Assembly: GCA_005884455.1 (NCBI GenBank)
Contig: VBCH01000219.1
Span: 1 to 62,046 of the forward strand
Direction of reading: 5' to 3'
Source: Betaproteobacteria bacterium
Lineage (GTDB): Bacteria; Pseudomonadota; Gammaproteobacteria; Burkholderiales; SG8-39
Length of the DNA: 62,046 bases
Shown: in pieces, positions 40,715 through 51,704 of the stretch
Layout of the letters: each line of letters begins with the position of its first letter
Numbering within the stretch: position 1 is the stretch's first letter
Notes under the pieces: generated by a model
Databases searched by the model: none
Seen by the model: the letters and a program-made list of their open reading frames with translations, nothing else
What the model was told of the DNA's origin: nothing
Made by a program: the position numbers and the translations under genes

Positions 40715-41796
40715 GGGTCAAATCTCCGCATGGCCAGTCCGCAAGCGACCATCAGCGAGGGCGCGTCCGCGACCAGTTTCTTCAGCGAGACGCGCGGCGA
40801 AATCGCCATGCTCGCGAAAGGGTTGGCAACCAGAGCGTTGATCTGGGTGCGGCTCTGCACCATCTCGTCGAGTCCCGGGATCACCGCTGAGCCTCCGGTG
40901 AGCAAAACGTGCTCAACCGAGGTGTACTGGGTCGACGTGAAGAAGAACTGCACTGCCCGCTGGATTTCCAGCGCCGCATTCTCCATAAAGGGGCGCAGTA
41001 CTTCCGTCTCGTAATTCTCCGGCAGCCCTCCGGAGCGCTTGGCCGCTTCGGCTTCCTCCAGGCTCATGCCGTACACACGCATGATGTCCTGCGTGAGCTG
41101 GCTCCCGCCGAACGCCTGCTCGCGCGTGTACACGGTCTGCTCATTGCGCAGCACCGTGATGTTCATGACGTTCGCGCCCAAATCGACCAGAGCGATATTC
41201 TGGTCTTTGCCGTTGTCGGGGAATTGTTGCTGGATCAGCTCGAACGATGATTGGATCGCGTAGGCCTCGACATCCATGACTATGGCTTTGAGTCCCGAAG
41301 CTTCGGCCACCGCGACGCGGTCTTCCACCTTTTCCTTGCGTGAGGCGGCGATCAGCACCTCGACCTCTTCCGGTCCCGACGGAGAGGATCCCACGACCTG
41401 AAAGTCCAGGTTGACCTCCTCGAGCGCAAACGGGATGTACTGATTGGCCTCGGTTTCGACTTGAACCTCGAGCTCTTCGTCGCGCAGTCCCGCCGGGACG
41501 ATGATCTTCTTCGTGATCACCGCGGCGGTGGGCAAGGCCAAGGCGACGTTTTTTGTGCGTGTCGCCATTCTCTTCCAGCCGCGCTGCACGGCATCGACCA
41601 CGGCATCGAGGTTAGTGATGTTGCCGTCGAGGACCGCGTCCTTCGGCAACGCCTCGATGGCGTAACGCTCGACGCGCGGATTTCCCCTGCCCGCATCGGC
41701 GAGCTCTACTAGCTTCACCGAGGACGAGGAGATATCCATCCCGAACAGCGGCGGCGCTTTCGGCTTGAAAATATCGATATTCAAATTCAGCTGCAA
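40711..41796 (-). CDS. pilM: Type IV pilus assembly ATPase-fold protein PilM
   Basis: 361 aa, actin-like, with GMDISSSSVKLVEL near the N-terminus. TTG start with AGGGGA 8 nt upstream; the ATG at 41739 is an alternative start. Confidence 0.9.
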   Translation of the reverse strand: MQLNLNIDIFKPKAPPLFGMDISSSSVKLVELADAGRGNPRVERYAIEALPKDAVLDGNITNLDAVVDAVQRGWKRMATRTKNVALALPTAAVITKKIIVPAGLRDEELEVQVETEANQYIPFALEEVNLDFQVVGSSPSGPEEVEVLIAASRKEKVEDRVAVAEASGLKAIVMDVEAYAIQSSFELIQQQFPDNGKDQNIALVDLGANVMNITVLRNEQTVYTREQAFGGSQLTQDIMRVYGMSLEEAEAAKRSGGLPENYETEVLRPFMENAALEIQRAVQFFFTSTQYTSVEHVLLTGGSAVIPGLDEMVQSRTQINALVANPFASMAISPRVSLKKLVADAPSLMVACGLAMRRFDP

Positions 41797-41976
41797 CCGG
41801 GATTTCCCCTTCAGGTATGGCCGGTTAGGCGCGATTAGTATAATTTACGTTAAATGCTAGCAACAACCCCCCACCCTGTAAAGTAAATTATTCACGCGCG
41901 ATATTAGTAGCTTAGGGTGAACCTGCCGCTGTTTCAGCTATCTATAATGGGCGACCTTTTTCCGGGTATCCCCTGA

Positions 41977-44277
41977 ATGTGGCTTCGATGGTTCGCCTTC
42001 CCGGTGTTGGCGCTGGCCGGGTTGGCAGTGCTGGGTTTGGCGCTGGTCGGTTTCGTCATCCTTCTGGCGTACCCCAACCTGCCCTCCATCGAGGCGCTCA
42101 CCGAATACCAACCGAAAATCCCCTTGCGCGTCTATACGGCCGACGGCGTCCTGATCGGCGAGTTCGGCGAAGAGCGCCGTTCGGTGGTCAGCATCGAGGA
42201 GGTTCCTGCTCTGATGAAACAGGCCATCCTCGCGGCCGAGGATGAGCGCTTTTACCAGCATACCGGGGTCGACTACCACGGCGTGCTACGGGCAGCCTAC
42301 TCCAACTTGGTGACCGGCGGCAAGACTCAAGGGGCTTCGACGATCACGATGCAGGTCGCGCGAAACTTTTTCCTCTCCCGGGAAAAAACGCTGACCCGCA
42401 AATTGTACGAGGCGCTGCTGGCGTTCAAGATCGAAAATAGTCTCGGCAAAGATCAGATCCTGGAGATCTACATCAACCAGATCTATCTCGGCCAGAGGGC
42501 CTACGGGTTCGGCGCAGCGGCACAAGTCTACTTCGGGAAGACTCTGTCGCAGCTCAATCCGGCCGAGATCGCGATGCTCGCCGGCTTGCCCAAGGCTCCT
42601 TCCTCATTTAACCCCGTCATCAATCCCAAACGCGCCAAGCAACGCCAGCTCTATGTGCTGCGGCGCATGCACGAGCTGGCCTTGCTCGACGACGAGCTAT
42701 ACGAGGAGGCCCAAAAGACTCCGATCAGTGTCAGGCGCGAAGCGGTCACCGAATACGAGATTCACGCCGAGTTCGTCGCCGAGATGGTCCGTCAGCTGCT
42801 CTATGAACGCTATCCGGAGGATGTCTACTCGCGCGGGTTTCGCGTCTATACGACGATCACGCGTGCTGACCAGGAAGCAGCCTATGCGGCCGTTCGCCAG
42901 GGCCTGCTCGAATACGACCGGCGCCACGGCTATCGCGGCCCGGAGGGATTCGTCGATCTCAAGGATGCGCAGGAGGAGGACTACGAGGAGACTTTGCAAG
43001 ACCATCCCGACAGCGATGACCTCCTGGCGGCACTCGTCCTGGAAGCGACGCCGAAACGGGTGACGGCCTATCGGCGCGGAGGAGAGACCGTGACCGTGTC
43101 CGGAGAGGGCCTCAAGTTCGCCGAGCGCATGCTCGATTCCCGCACACCACCGACCCGCAGGATCCGGCGTGGCGCTTTGATTCGCATCCAGAAGGACGAC
43201 CATGACAATTGGCAGATTGTTCAGCTCCCGGAGGCCGAGGGCGCATTTATCTCGGTCAACCCGCAGGACGGTGCGGTGCGATCGCTCGTCGGCGGCTTCG
43301 ATTTCAACCGGAGCCAGTACAACCACGTGACCCAGGCCTGGCGCCAGCCGGGTTCGGGTTTCAAACCTTTCATCTATTCGTCCGCGCTGGAAAAGGGTTT
43401 TACGCCGGCCACCGTGATCAATGACGCCCCGGTAGTGGTCGACGCGGCACTCACGGGAGGGCAGGTATGGGAGCCCAAGAACTATGACGGCAGGTACGAA
43501 GGGCCCATGAGCATGCGCATGGCGCTCGCGAAGTCGAAGAACATGGTGTCGATACGCATCCTGCAGACGATCGGTCCGCAGTACGCCCAGGATTACATCA
43601 CCCGATTCGGCTTCGATGCCGATCGCCACCCGCCCTACCTCACCATGGCGCTCGGGGCAGGCTCAGCCACGCCCCTTCAGATGGCCCGCGCCTTTTCGGT
43701 ATTTGCCACCGGCGGATATCGCACCGAGCCGTACGTGATTCAGAAGGTCGTCGACGACCGTGGCAACGTTCTCGCGCAGGCGCAGCCGGCTCACGCCGGG
43801 GACGAATCGCTGCGGGTCATTGACACCCGCAACGCCTTCATCATGGACAGCATGATGCACGATGTCATGCGCTACGGAACCGGGGCCCGCGCCATGGTCC
43901 TCGGGCGCCAGGATCTCGCCGGCAAGAGCGGCACCACCAACGACTACATCGATGCCTGGTTCAGCGGCTATCAGCCGACCCTGGTCGGCATCGCATGGGT
44001 AGGCTTCGATCAGCCGAAAAAACTGGGCCCCGGGGAGACCGGGTCGGTCACGGCGCTGCCGATCTGGATGAGCTACATGGCCAAGGCGCTGAAGGGCACG
44101 CCGGAAATGGTCCAGCGCAATCCCGAGGGCGTCGTCATGGCCAAGGTCAACGAAAACGGCCTTCAATCGCCCGATGGAAGGCCAGAATTCTTTTTTCGCG
44201 AAAACGTCCCGCCGGAACAGGGTCCGATCGATCCGGGAGTGCGGACCACGGAGGACGCGAGGAATCAGTTGTTCTGA
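41977..44277 (+). CDS. mrcA: Penicillin-binding protein 1A (bifunctional transglycosylase/transpeptidase)
   Basis: 766 aa. EDERFYQHTGVD glycosyltransferase motif, SGFKPF (SxxK) and KSGTT transpeptidase motifs. Divergent from pilM, as in Pseudomonas ponA. Confidence 0.93.
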   Translation: MWLRWFAFPVLALAGLAVLGLALVGFVILLAYPNLPSIEALTEYQPKIPLRVYTADGVLIGEFGEERRSVVSIEEVPALMKQAILAAEDERFYQHTGVDYHGVLRAAYSNLVTGGKTQGASTITMQVARNFFLSREKTLTRKLYEALLAFKIENSLGKDQILEIYINQIYLGQRAYGFGAAAQVYFGKTLSQLNPAEIAMLAGLPKAPSSFNPVINPKRAKQRQLYVLRRMHELALLDDELYEEAQKTPISVRREAVTEYEIHAEFVAEMVRQLLYERYPEDVYSRGFRVYTTITRADQEAAYAAVRQGLLEYDRRHGYRGPEGFVDLKDAQEEDYEETLQDHPDSDDLLAALVLEATPKRVTAYRRGGETVTVSGEGLKFAERMLDSRTPPTRRIRRGALIRIQKDDHDNWQIVQLPEAEGAFISVNPQDGAVRSLVGGFDFNRSQYNHVTQAWRQPGSGFKPFIYSSALEKGFTPATVINDAPVVVDAALTGGQVWEPKNYDGRYEGPMSMRMALAKSKNMVSIRILQTIGPQYAQDYITRFGFDADRHPPYLTMALGAGSATPLQMARAFSVFATGGYRTEPYVIQKVVDDRGNVLAQAQPAHAGDESLRVIDTRNAFIMDSMMHDVMRYGTGARAMVLGRQDLAGKSGTTNDYIDAWFSGYQPTLVGIAWVGFDQPKKLGPGETGSVTALPIWMSYMAKALKGTPEMVQRNPEGVVMAKVNENGLQSPDGRPEFFFRENVPPEQGPIDPGVRTTEDARNQLF

Positions 44278-44319
44278 TTCGATCGGCAAGCTCCGCGGAC
44301 GCATCTCGCCGCGGCCTAC

Positions 44320-44637
44320 CTAGCGCAACACGACCGCCCGCTTCGATTGCTCGCTCATCAGCTTCGACAGAGCCGCGAGCAGCTCGGCGCCGTCACGGGT
44401 GTCGACCCAGTCCGACCCATTCCAGAGGAAATGGTAGCCTCCCGACCTTGCTGCGACCCAGATCTGACGCGCTGCAGAGTGGCGATTGACGACAATGCGG
44501 CTGCCGTCGGCAAATTCGAGCTCCAATACGCCAGAGTCCCTCGGCTCGCAGTCGCAATCGGCCCCGCTTTCCTCCACGGCCCGCGCAATCCGCTCCAGCA
44601 TCGCATCGGCCAGGCTGTCGAATTCGCTCGGGGTCAT
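44320..44637 (-). CDS. cyaY: Frataxin-like iron-sulfur cluster assembly protein CyaY
   Basis: 105 aa with an acidic N-terminal helix, then ...LELEFADGSRIVVNRHSAARQIWVAARSGGYHF. Confidence 0.9.
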   Translation of the reverse strand: MTPSEFDSLADAMLERIARAVEESGADCDCEPRDSGVLELEFADGSRIVVNRHSAARQIWVAARSGGYHFLWNGSDWVDTRDGAELLAALSKLMSEQSKRAVVLR

Positions 44638-44681
44638 CGCCGTGCTAAACTCGTTTGCACAAATTACCTATCAGCATCGCC

Positions 44682-44810
44682 ATGCGCCGCGCCGTTGGCC
44701 TCATCGTCGTTTTCCTCGTCCTCTCGGCCTGCGGCAACAAGGCAGCGCTCTATCTTCCCCCGCCGGAGCGAGATCCGAAGCAGGATAGCAAACCCGCTCC
44801 GCGCCAGTGA
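44682..44810 (+). CDS. lptM: Small lipoprotein, LptM/YifL-like (42 aa; not in the supplied ORF track)
   Basis: ATG at 44682, TGA at 44808-44810. MRRAVGLIVVFLVLSACGNKAALYLPPPERDPKQDSKPAPRQ. Lipobox LSAC followed by GxKxxLYxPP, as in E. coli YifL. It occupies the conserved slot next to cyaY and upstream of a DAP/lysine gene. Confidence 0.6.
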   Translation: MRRAVGLIVVFLVLSACGNKAALYLPPPERDPKQDSKPAPRQ

Positions 44811-46051
44811 ATTTTTTTTCGTACCGGGACGACACGCTGTGCGCGGAGAGCGTGCCTCTCGTCGAGATCGCGGAGCGCTTCGGCACGCCGAGCTACGTCT
44901 ATTCGCGCGCCGCGCTGGAGCTCGCATACCACGAGTTCGATCAGGCTTGCTCAGGGCACGAAGTCCTCATCTGCTATTCGGTCAAGGCCAACTCCAATCT
45001 CGCGGTACTGAACGTTCTCGCACGGTTGGGTTCGGGCTTCGATATTGTTTCCGGCGGCGAGCTCGCACGGGTCCTCGCCGCGGGAGGCAGCGCAGCCAAG
45101 ACTGTTTTTTCCGGCGTGGGCAAGACCGAGGCCGAGATGCGCGGCGCGCTTGAGGCCGGAGTTCTGTGCTTCAATGTCGAGTCCGAAGGAGAACTGGCTC
45201 GGCTCGCCGCGGTTGCGCGGAGCATGGGCAAGATCGCGCCCGTGTCCTTGCGAATCAACCCCGACGTCGATCCCAAGACGCACCCCTACGTCGCCACCGG
45301 CTTGCGTGAAAGCAAATTCGGAATCCCCTACGACGCAGCGCTCCCGCTTTACCGCAAGGCGGTGAAGCTGCCGGAACTTCGAGTCACCGGAATCGATGTC
45401 CATATCGGCTCGCAGATTACCGACGTCGAGCCGTTCGTCGCCGCGCTTGAAAAAGTACTCGAGTTTGTCGATGTTCTGGACGCCACAGGAGTGCATCTGG
45501 AACATCTCGATCTGGGCGGAGGGCTCGGCATCCGTTATCGCGACGAAGCGCCCCCGGCGGCGAAAGATTACCTGGAGGGCCTGTTCCGTCGCCTTGGCAA
45601 GCGCGACGTGCGAATCCTGTTCGAGCCCGGCCGTTCCCTTGTCGGAAACACCGGGCTCCTGCTCACTCGCGTCGAATATCTCAAGCAAGGGGGGGCAAAG
45701 AACTTCGTGGTGACCGACGCGGCGATGAACGACCTGCTGCGCCCGGCACTCTACGATGCCTGGCACGAGGTCCTACCGGTAGCGCGGCGTAACGGCCCGG
45801 CACAGCGTTACGACATCGTGGGTCCGGTCTGCGAATCGGCGGATTTTCTCGCCCGGGGACGCGCGCTCACGGTCGCAGCCGCGGACCTTCTCGCGATCAT
45901 GTCGGCGGGCGCTTACGGCATGACGATGAGCTCGAATTACAATTCCCGGCCGCGTCCTGCCGAGGTGATGGTCGACGGGAAAACAGCTCACCTCGTTCGG
46001 GATCGGGAAAGTGTTGAGAACCTCTTTGCATCGGAGCGCCTTTTGCCGTAA
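44807..46051 (+). CDS. lysA: Diaminopimelate decarboxylase
   Basis: 414 aa. The GTG start overlaps the lptM stop (GTGA). N-terminus xxFxYRDxxLxAE...ERFGTPxYVYS is typical of LysA. Confidence 0.95.
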   Translation: MNFFSYRDDTLCAESVPLVEIAERFGTPSYVYSRAALELAYHEFDQACSGHEVLICYSVKANSNLAVLNVLARLGSGFDIVSGGELARVLAAGGSAAKTVFSGVGKTEAEMRGALEAGVLCFNVESEGELARLAAVARSMGKIAPVSLRINPDVDPKTHPYVATGLRESKFGIPYDAALPLYRKAVKLPELRVTGIDVHIGSQITDVEPFVAALEKVLEFVDVLDATGVHLEHLDLGGGLGIRYRDEAPPAAKDYLEGLFRRLGKRDVRILFEPGRSLVGNTGLLLTRVEYLKQGGAKNFVVTDAAMNDLLRPALYDAWHEVLPVARRNGPAQRYDIVGPVCESADFLARGRALTVAAADLLAIMSAGAYGMTMSSNYNSRPRPAEVMVDGKTAHLVRDRESVENLFASERLLP

Positions 46052-46152
46052 ATTTAAGCGTTTGCCGACCAGGCAGCGAGCGACACCGGCAGGGGACCGG
46101 GGTCCGCGGTAGCTGATGGAATACGCGGCTTTTTCACGTCGTTAGCAAATCC

Positions 46153-47310
46153 ATGGATTCTTCGTTGCGATCGCACGTCGCGGCACCTTCGGCCAAGCGC
46201 CTGGTCGTTTTCGGCGGCGTCGGTTTGCTCGTCGTCGCGGTCGTGCTGTTCGCCTATTTCGGCACCGAGATACGCGCGAACGAGCGCAAGGCATCCAAGG
46301 GACCTTCGGCGATTCCCGTCTCGGTTGCGCCGGTCCTGCAGGAGGTCGTGCCTTTGCGGCTCCTAGCCATCGGTAACGTCGAGGCCTACGCCACCGTGTC
46401 GGTCAAGGCACGTGTCGACGGACAGATCGTGGAAGTCGGCTTCAAGGAAGGCGAGGAAGTCCCACGAGGTCGCGTGCTCTTCAAGATCGACCCGCGCCCC
46501 TACGAGGCGGCACTGCGTCAGGCCGAAGCCAATTTCCTGCGCGACACCTCGCAGAAGAACCAAGCCCGCTCACAGGAACGCCGCTACCAGGAACTACTTG
46601 CGAAAAACTTCGTGTCGAAGGAAGCCTACGCGCAAATCGGCACCAACGCCGACACCGCAGAGGCCGTGGCCCAGGGGAGCCGCGCCGCACTCGACAACGC
46701 GAGGCTCAATCTGGAGTACTGCACGATTCGCTCTCCGATCGACGGCTACCCCGGAAAGATCCAGATTCAGATGGGAAACCTCGTCAAAGCGAACGACACG
46801 CTTCCCCTGGTGGTGATCAACCAAGTCCACCCGATCTACGTGAACTTCTCCGTGCCAGAGCAGCAGCTCCGCGCCGTTCGCGGCTACATGTCGTCGGGGC
46901 CGCTCTCGGTCGATGCGCTGGCCCCGGGCTCGGATCAACCCGCAGCTTCCGGAACGCTGGTCTTCGTCGATAACGCCGTCGATCCGAGCACCGGGACCAT
47001 CAAGTTGCGGGCTCAGTTCCAAAACGGCGAGAACGCGCTCTGGCCCGGCCAGTTCGTCAACGTGAGGATCAAGCTCTACGACCAGAACGACGCCTTGGTG
47101 GTGCCATCCAAATCGGTGCAAACCGGTCCCAATGGCCAATACGTCTTCGTGGTCAAGCCCGACATGACCACGGAGTTGCGCATCGTCACGGTCCAGCGGA
47201 CCGAAGGGGACCGCGCGATCATCGGGAGCGGTCTGGAAAAAGGCGAACGGGTGGTCACACAGGGCCAGCTGCGCCTCAGTGCCGGAGCGAAGGTCGAAGT
47301 CAAGTCTTAA
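46153..47310 (+). CDS. RND efflux membrane fusion (periplasmic adaptor) protein
   Basis: 385 aa with an N-terminal TM anchor, coiled-coil hairpin region and beta-barrel motifs ([10 protein letters not shown]). Confidence 0.9.
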   Translation: MDSSLRSHVAAPSAKRLVVFGGVGLLVVAVVLFAYFGTEIRANERKASKGPSAIPVSVAPVLQEVVPLRLLAIGNVEAYATVSVKARVDGQIVEVGFKEGEEVPRGRVLFKIDPRPYEAALRQAEANFLRDTSQKNQARSQERRYQELLAKNFVSKEAYAQIGTNADTAEAVAQGSRAALDNARLNLEYCTIRSPIDGYPGKIQIQMGNLVKANDTLPLVVINQVHPIYVNFSVPEQQLRAVRGYMSSGPLSVDALAPGSDQPAASGTLVFVDNAVDPSTGTIKLRAQFQNGENALWPGQFVNVRIKLYDQNDALVVPSKSVQTGPNGQYVFVVKPDMTTELRIVTVQRTEGDRAIIGSGLEKGERVVTQGQLRLSAGAKVEVKS

Positions 47311-47321
47311 AGTTCTCCGCC

Positions 47322-50300
47322 ATGAATCTATCGGAACTCTTCGTCCGCCGTCCCGTCATGACCGTGCTGGTCATGGCCGGAATTCTGATTTTCGGACTGG
47401 CGAGCTACCGCTTGCTACCGGTTTCGTCGCTGCCCAACGTCGATTTCCCCACCATCCAGGTCTCGGCGCAGCTCCCGGGTGCGAGCCCGGAGACCATGGC
47501 CGCCGCGGTGGCGACACCCCTCGAGAAGCAGTTCTCGACGATCGCCGGCATCGACCAGATGACTTCGCTCTCGGGCCAGGGCATTTCCACCGTCACCATC
47601 CAGTTCTCGCTCGACCGCGATATCGATGCCGCGGCGCAGGACGTGAATTCGGCGATCGCCGCCGCGACAAAGCAGCTGCCGCCGACCATGTCGACGCCCC
47701 CCTCGTTCCGAAAGGTGAATCCGGCCGATGCGCCGATTTTCTTCCTGACTCTCACCTCCGATACCCTGCCGCTTTCCACCGTCAACGAGTACGCGGAAAC
47801 CTTTCTCGCGCAGCGCATTTCGACGATTTCCGGAGTGGCCCAGGTCCAGGTGCAGGGCCAGCAGAAATACGCGGTGCGCGTGCAGGTCGACCCCAATGCG
47901 CTCGCCGCGCGCGGTGTCGGCATCAACGAGGTCGAGCAGGCAGTCGCCAATGCCAACGTCAATCTGCCCACCGGAACCCTCTACGGCAAGGACCGAATGT
48001 TCGCCATACAGGCGACGGGCCAGCTCTACGACGCCGCCGCCTTCAGGCCCGTCATCGTTACCTACCGGAACGGTGCGCCGGTCCGCCTGAGCGAGCTCGG
48101 ACGCGTCGTAGACAGCGTGGAAAACGACAAGCTCGCCGCGTGGTTCAAAGATCAGCGCGGCATCATCCTTGCAATCTACCGGCAGCCGGGCACCAATACC
48201 ATCGAGGTCGTGGACGCCGTCAAAAAACTGTTGCCGACTTTCCGCGCCGAGGTCCCCGCGGGGGTCAGCATCAACGTGATGTACGACCGGTCGACCACCA
48301 TCCGCGAATCGGTCGAGGACGTGAGGTTTTCACTGATCCTGGCGCTCGCCCTCGTGGTGATGGTGATCTTCATGTTCCTCCGCAACATTCCGGCCACCGT
48401 CATTCCGGCCGTGGCGCTCCCGATGTCGATCATCGGCACGTTCTCGCTCATGTACCTGTTCGGCTACAGCCTGGACAACATCTCGCTGATGGCGCTGACC
48501 TTGTGCGTAGGCTTCGTGGTGGACGACGCGATCGTCATGCTGGAGAACATCTCACGCCATATCGAGATGGGGAAGAGCCCACTTCAGGCGACGTTCGACG
48601 GCTCGAAGGAAGTCGCCTTCACGATCCTCTCGATGACGATCTCGCTCGCCGCCGTATTTATTCCAGTGCTTTTCATGGGCGGCATCCTCGGACGACTGCT
48701 GCACGAATTCGCCGTCACCATCATCGTCGCGGTGCTGATTTCGGGATTTGTCTCGCTCACGCTGACGCCGATGATGTGCAGTCGCATCCTCAAGCCCGAG
48801 GCCGACGTCAAGCACGGCAGCTTGTTCCTCGCGAGCGAGCGGGCGTTCGACGCGGTGAGGGACGCCTACGGATCGAGCCTGAAATGGGTGCTCGAGCGCC
48901 AGAGGCTCGTCATAGCGGTGTTTCTCGGCGTAGTCGTCGCGACCGGAGCGCTATACGCGAAAATGCCGAAGGGCTTCCTGCCGAGCGAGGACGCCGGGCA
49001 GCTCTTCTGCTTCATAGAAGCGCCCCAGGACATCTCGTTCGACGCCATGGTAACGTACCAGCGCTCCGTTTTGGAGATCCTGCGTTCCGATCCCAACATC
49101 GAAGCGGTGACCGGGTTCATGGGCGCAACTTCGTTCAACCCTTCCCTCAACGTCGGCCGCGCCACGATGACCTTGAAGCCACGCTCCCAGCGCAAGTCGG
49201 CGGACGAGATCGTGCGCGGCCTGCGCCCGAAGCTCTCCAATATTATGGGCGTCAAGGTTTTCATCCAGAACGTCCCCGCCATCCGAATCGGCGGCCAGCT
49301 CACCAAGAGTCAATACCAGTACGTAGTCCAAGGCGCGAGCACCGAAGAGCTGTACCGCTGGGTGCCGATCATCGAGGACAAGCTCAAGACGCTGCCGGGA
49401 TTGCTCGACGTCTCGAGCGATCTGCAAATCGCGCGGCCGCAGGTCAACGTCGAGATCGACCGCGAGAAGGCCTCGGCGCTCGGCGTGAGCCCCCAGCAGA
49501 TCGAAGCGGCGCTCGCCAACGCCTACGGCTCGCGCCAGGTTTCGAACATCTATACCGCGACGAACCAGTACTGGGTGATCCTGGAGCTCGAGCCTAGGTA
49601 TCAGCGCGATCCCGCGGCGTTGTCGATGCTTTACGTACGCTCCTCGAGCGGCGCGCTGGTGCCCCTCAACGCGGTGGCGAAGCTCACTTACGGCGTCGGC
49701 CCCATGAGCGTGAGCCACCTCGGGCAGTTACCTTCCGTCACGATTTCGTTCGATCTGCAGCAAGACGTGGCTCTCTCTCAGGCCATTGCACTGATCCAGA
49801 AGGCGGCGGAGGAGCTACAGGTGCCGCCCACCCTGAACACGAGATTCACGGGCACGGCGCAGGCGTTTCAGGCTTCGCTCCAGGGCATGGGCATCCTGCT
49901 GGTGCTCTCCATTCTTGTGATCTACCTGGTGCTCGGAATCCTGTATGAGAGCTTCATCCACCCGCTCACGATTCTCTCCGGCTTGCCGACCGCGGGACTC
50001 GGAGCGCTGATTACTTTGTCGGCCTTTAACATCGAGCTCAACATGTACGCATTCGTCGGCATCATCATGCTGGTGGGCATCGTCAAGAAGAACGCGATCA
50101 TGATGATCGACTTCGCGATCGAGGCGCAGCGCAAGGAGGGCAAGCCCGCTGCCGAGGCCATTTACCAGGCCTGCGTGATCCGCTTCCGGCCGATCATGAT
50201 GACGACGTTCGCCGCCCTGATGGGGAGCCTGCCGATTGCGCTCTCTTTCGGCGCGGGCGGAGACGCACGCCGTCCGCTGGGACTCGCGGTGGTGGGCGGG

Positions 50301-50429
50301 CTTTTGCTGTCGCAGTTCCTGACCCTCTACATCACGCCCGTGATCTACCTCTACTTCGAGCGCCTCCAGGAGTGGATGTCGCAGCGGCGCGAAACGCGCC
50401 AGATGGCAAAGTTGCGCGCCGCCGACTAG
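47322..50429 (+). CDS. RND efflux transporter permease (AcrB/MdtB/MdtC family)
   Basis: 1035 aa. N-terminus [25 protein letters not shown] and a 12-TM RND architecture. Confidence 0.93.
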   Translation: MNLSELFVRRPVMTVLVMAGILIFGLASYRLLPVSSLPNVDFPTIQVSAQLPGASPETMAAAVATPLEKQFSTIAGIDQMTSLSGQGISTVTIQFSLDRDIDAAAQDVNSAIAAATKQLPPTMSTPPSFRKVNPADAPIFFLTLTSDTLPLSTVNEYAETFLAQRISTISGVAQVQVQGQQKYAVRVQVDPNALAARGVGINEVEQAVANANVNLPTGTLYGKDRMFAIQATGQLYDAAAFRPVIVTYRNGAPVRLSELGRVVDSVENDKLAAWFKDQRGIILAIYRQPGTNTIEVVDAVKKLLPTFRAEVPAGVSINVMYDRSTTIRESVEDVRFSLILALALVVMVIFMFLRNIPATVIPAVALPMSIIGTFSLMYLFGYSLDNISLMALTLCVGFVVDDAIVMLENISRHIEMGKSPLQATFDGSKEVAFTILSMTISLAAVFIPVLFMGGILGRLLHEFAVTIIVAVLISGFVSLTLTPMMCSRILKPEADVKHGSLFLASERAFDAVRDAYGSSLKWVLERQRLVIAVFLGVVVATGALYAKMPKGFLPSEDAGQLFCFIEAPQDISFDAMVTYQRSVLEILRSDPNIEAVTGFMGATSFNPSLNVGRATMTLKPRSQRKSADEIVRGLRPKLSNIMGVKVFIQNVPAIRIGGQLTKSQYQYVVQGASTEELYRWVPIIEDKLKTLPGLLDVSSDLQIARPQVNVEIDREKASALGVSPQQIEAALANAYGSRQVSNIYTATNQYWVILELEPRYQRDPAALSMLYVRSSSGALVPLNAVAKLTYGVGPMSVSHLGQLPSVTISFDLQQDVALSQAIALIQKAAEELQVPPTLNTRFTGTAQAFQASLQGMGILLVLSILVIYLVLGILYESFIHPLTILSGLPTAGLGALITLSAFNIELNMYAFVGIIMLVGIVKKNAIMMIDFAIEAQRKEGKPAAEAIYQACVIRFRPIMMTTFAALMGSLPIALSFGAGGDARRPLGLAVVGGLLLSQFLTLYITPVIYLYFERLQEWMSQRRETRQMAKLRAAD

Positions 50430-50469
50430 GCGATCAAATCGACGAGCCGATCCGGACCGCCCTCGGCGA

Positions 50470-51210
50470 TCAGGGATTGAGCTGCTTGTAGACGACGCCT
50501 GCGACGTTGAGTAGTTGTTCCCTTTTTATCTCGCCGGAAAGCGCGTACCCGAAATTGCCGTCGACCCAGTAGAAGACCGACACGCGATCCTCCTGGCTGA
50601 AGCGGAAAGCGGTATCGCGCGGTTCCCCCCTTTGTCGGGAGACGTAGAGCGTGAGGCGCTGGCCGCGCGCATCCTGATACATGAACTGCGCGACCGGCCC
50701 CTGCGGTCCTGAGAGCAGTCGCCCGCCCACGAGTTCGTAGCCAAGCGGCGCGAGTTTTGGCGCTTTCAGCGTAGTGCCGAGGCGCTTCGACAGCCACCCC
50801 ACCAAGTGTTCTTCCTCGTTGGCGGTCACTTCCACCGGATGGCGCACTTCGGGCGAATACACCGCGTGCGCGGTCGCCGCCAAGCGTGGGAGCGACGCCG
50901 GCAGCATCTGCGGGGTGATGAACATCCCACGAACCAGCCAGCCGAGCCCGATTCCAAGCGCGAATATCGCAGCAGCCGCGAAGTACCGCCGCCACGCGTG
51001 CGAGCGCACCGCAAGCAGCGCCGCCGGCACAGGTTCATCGAGCACCGGGTTGTAGAGCGAACGGAGCAGGGCGTTTTGCTCGGCGTACGCGCGCAGCCGC
51101 TCCGCGTCCTCCGGGTGAGCAACGAGCCAGGCCTCGACCTCTGCCCGAGCGCCTTCGGAAAGCGCGCCGTCGATGTAGGTGTGCAATTCCGCCTCGGTAA
51201 CCGGCTTCAC
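50470..51210 (-). CDS. Anti-sigma factor (single-pass, non-zinc N-terminal anti-sigma domain)
   Basis: 246 aa with a 4-nt overlap with the ECF sigma gene. N-terminal helix AELHTYIDGAL... lacks the Cys residues of HxxxCxxC. One TM segment (RRYFAAAAIFALGIGLGWLV). Confidence 0.75.
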   Translation of the reverse strand: MKPVTEAELHTYIDGALSEGARAEVEAWLVAHPEDAERLRAYAEQNALLRSLYNPVLDEPVPAALLAVRSHAWRRYFAAAAIFALGIGLGWLVRGMFITPQMLPASLPRLAATAHAVYSPEVRHPVEVTANEEEHLVGWLSKRLGTTLKAPKLAPLGYELVGGRLLSGPQGPVAQFMYQDARGQRLTLYVSRQRGEPRDTAFRFSQEDRVSVFYWVDGNFGYALSGEIKREQLLNVAGVVYKQLNP

Positions 51211-51704
51211 TTCACGACTTTCAGAGGCATCACGGTCTGACCGCCGAGCAGCTGGCGCATGCGCTCGCGCGCCCGCGACAGTCGCGACATGACTGTGCCT
51301 ATGGGGATGTCCAGAGCACCGCTGACCTCCTCATAAGTCAGCTGCTCCACCGCCACCAGCAGCACGACCTCCCGCTGCTCCGGCGACAGAGAGCGCAGCA
51401 CACGGTCCACATCCTGCAGCTCGAGCTGCTCGCTCTGGGTCGCGCGAACCGACACCGCGGGCACTTCTTCCATCGCCTGCTCGATTTCGTAGCGGCGGCG
51501 CCTTGCCTGATTTACGAACACGTTATGCATGATCGTGAACAGCCACGCCCTCAGATCGCTTCCCGGACGCCACAGGTAGAACTTGTTCCAGGCGCGCTCC
51601 AGGGTGTCTTGAACCAAGTCGTCCGCGACGTAGCGGTCGCCGACGAGCGCGCGCGCGTAGCGCCGCAGCCGGGGGATGTGCTCGATGATGAGGCGACGAT
51701 CCAT
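51207..51704 (-). CDS. ECF-type RNA polymerase sigma factor
   Basis: 165 aa with region 2 (DDLVQDTLERAW, WLFTIMHNVF) and region 4 (YEEVSGALDIPIGTVMSRLSRARERM). Confidence 0.9.
   Translation of the reverse strand: MDRRLIIEHIPRLRRYARALVGDRYVADDLVQDTLERAWNKFYLWRPGSDLRAWLFTIMHNVFVNQARRRRYEIEQAMEEVPAVSVRATQSEQLELQDVDRVLRSLSPEQREVVLLVAVEQLTYEEVSGALDIPIGTVMSRLSRARERMRQLLGGQTVMPLKVVK

Noticed and set aside
41797-41976. AT-rich 180-bp pilM-mrcA divergent spacer with two TATAAT hexamers (41839-41844 and 41943-41948) as something unusual
   Set aside because: This is expected for a divergent promoter region. The -35 elements are weak by eye, there is no notable repeat or ORF, and promoter calls were too uncertain to list as features.
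46153-50429. RND adaptor + pump without an outer-membrane factor gene, convergent with the ECF sigma/anti-sigma pair, as a possibly incomplete or novel efflux system
   Set aside because: Two-gene RND operons that use a TolC-like channel encoded elsewhere are common. The sigma pair is convergent and separated from the pump, so no functional link is supported by the sequence.
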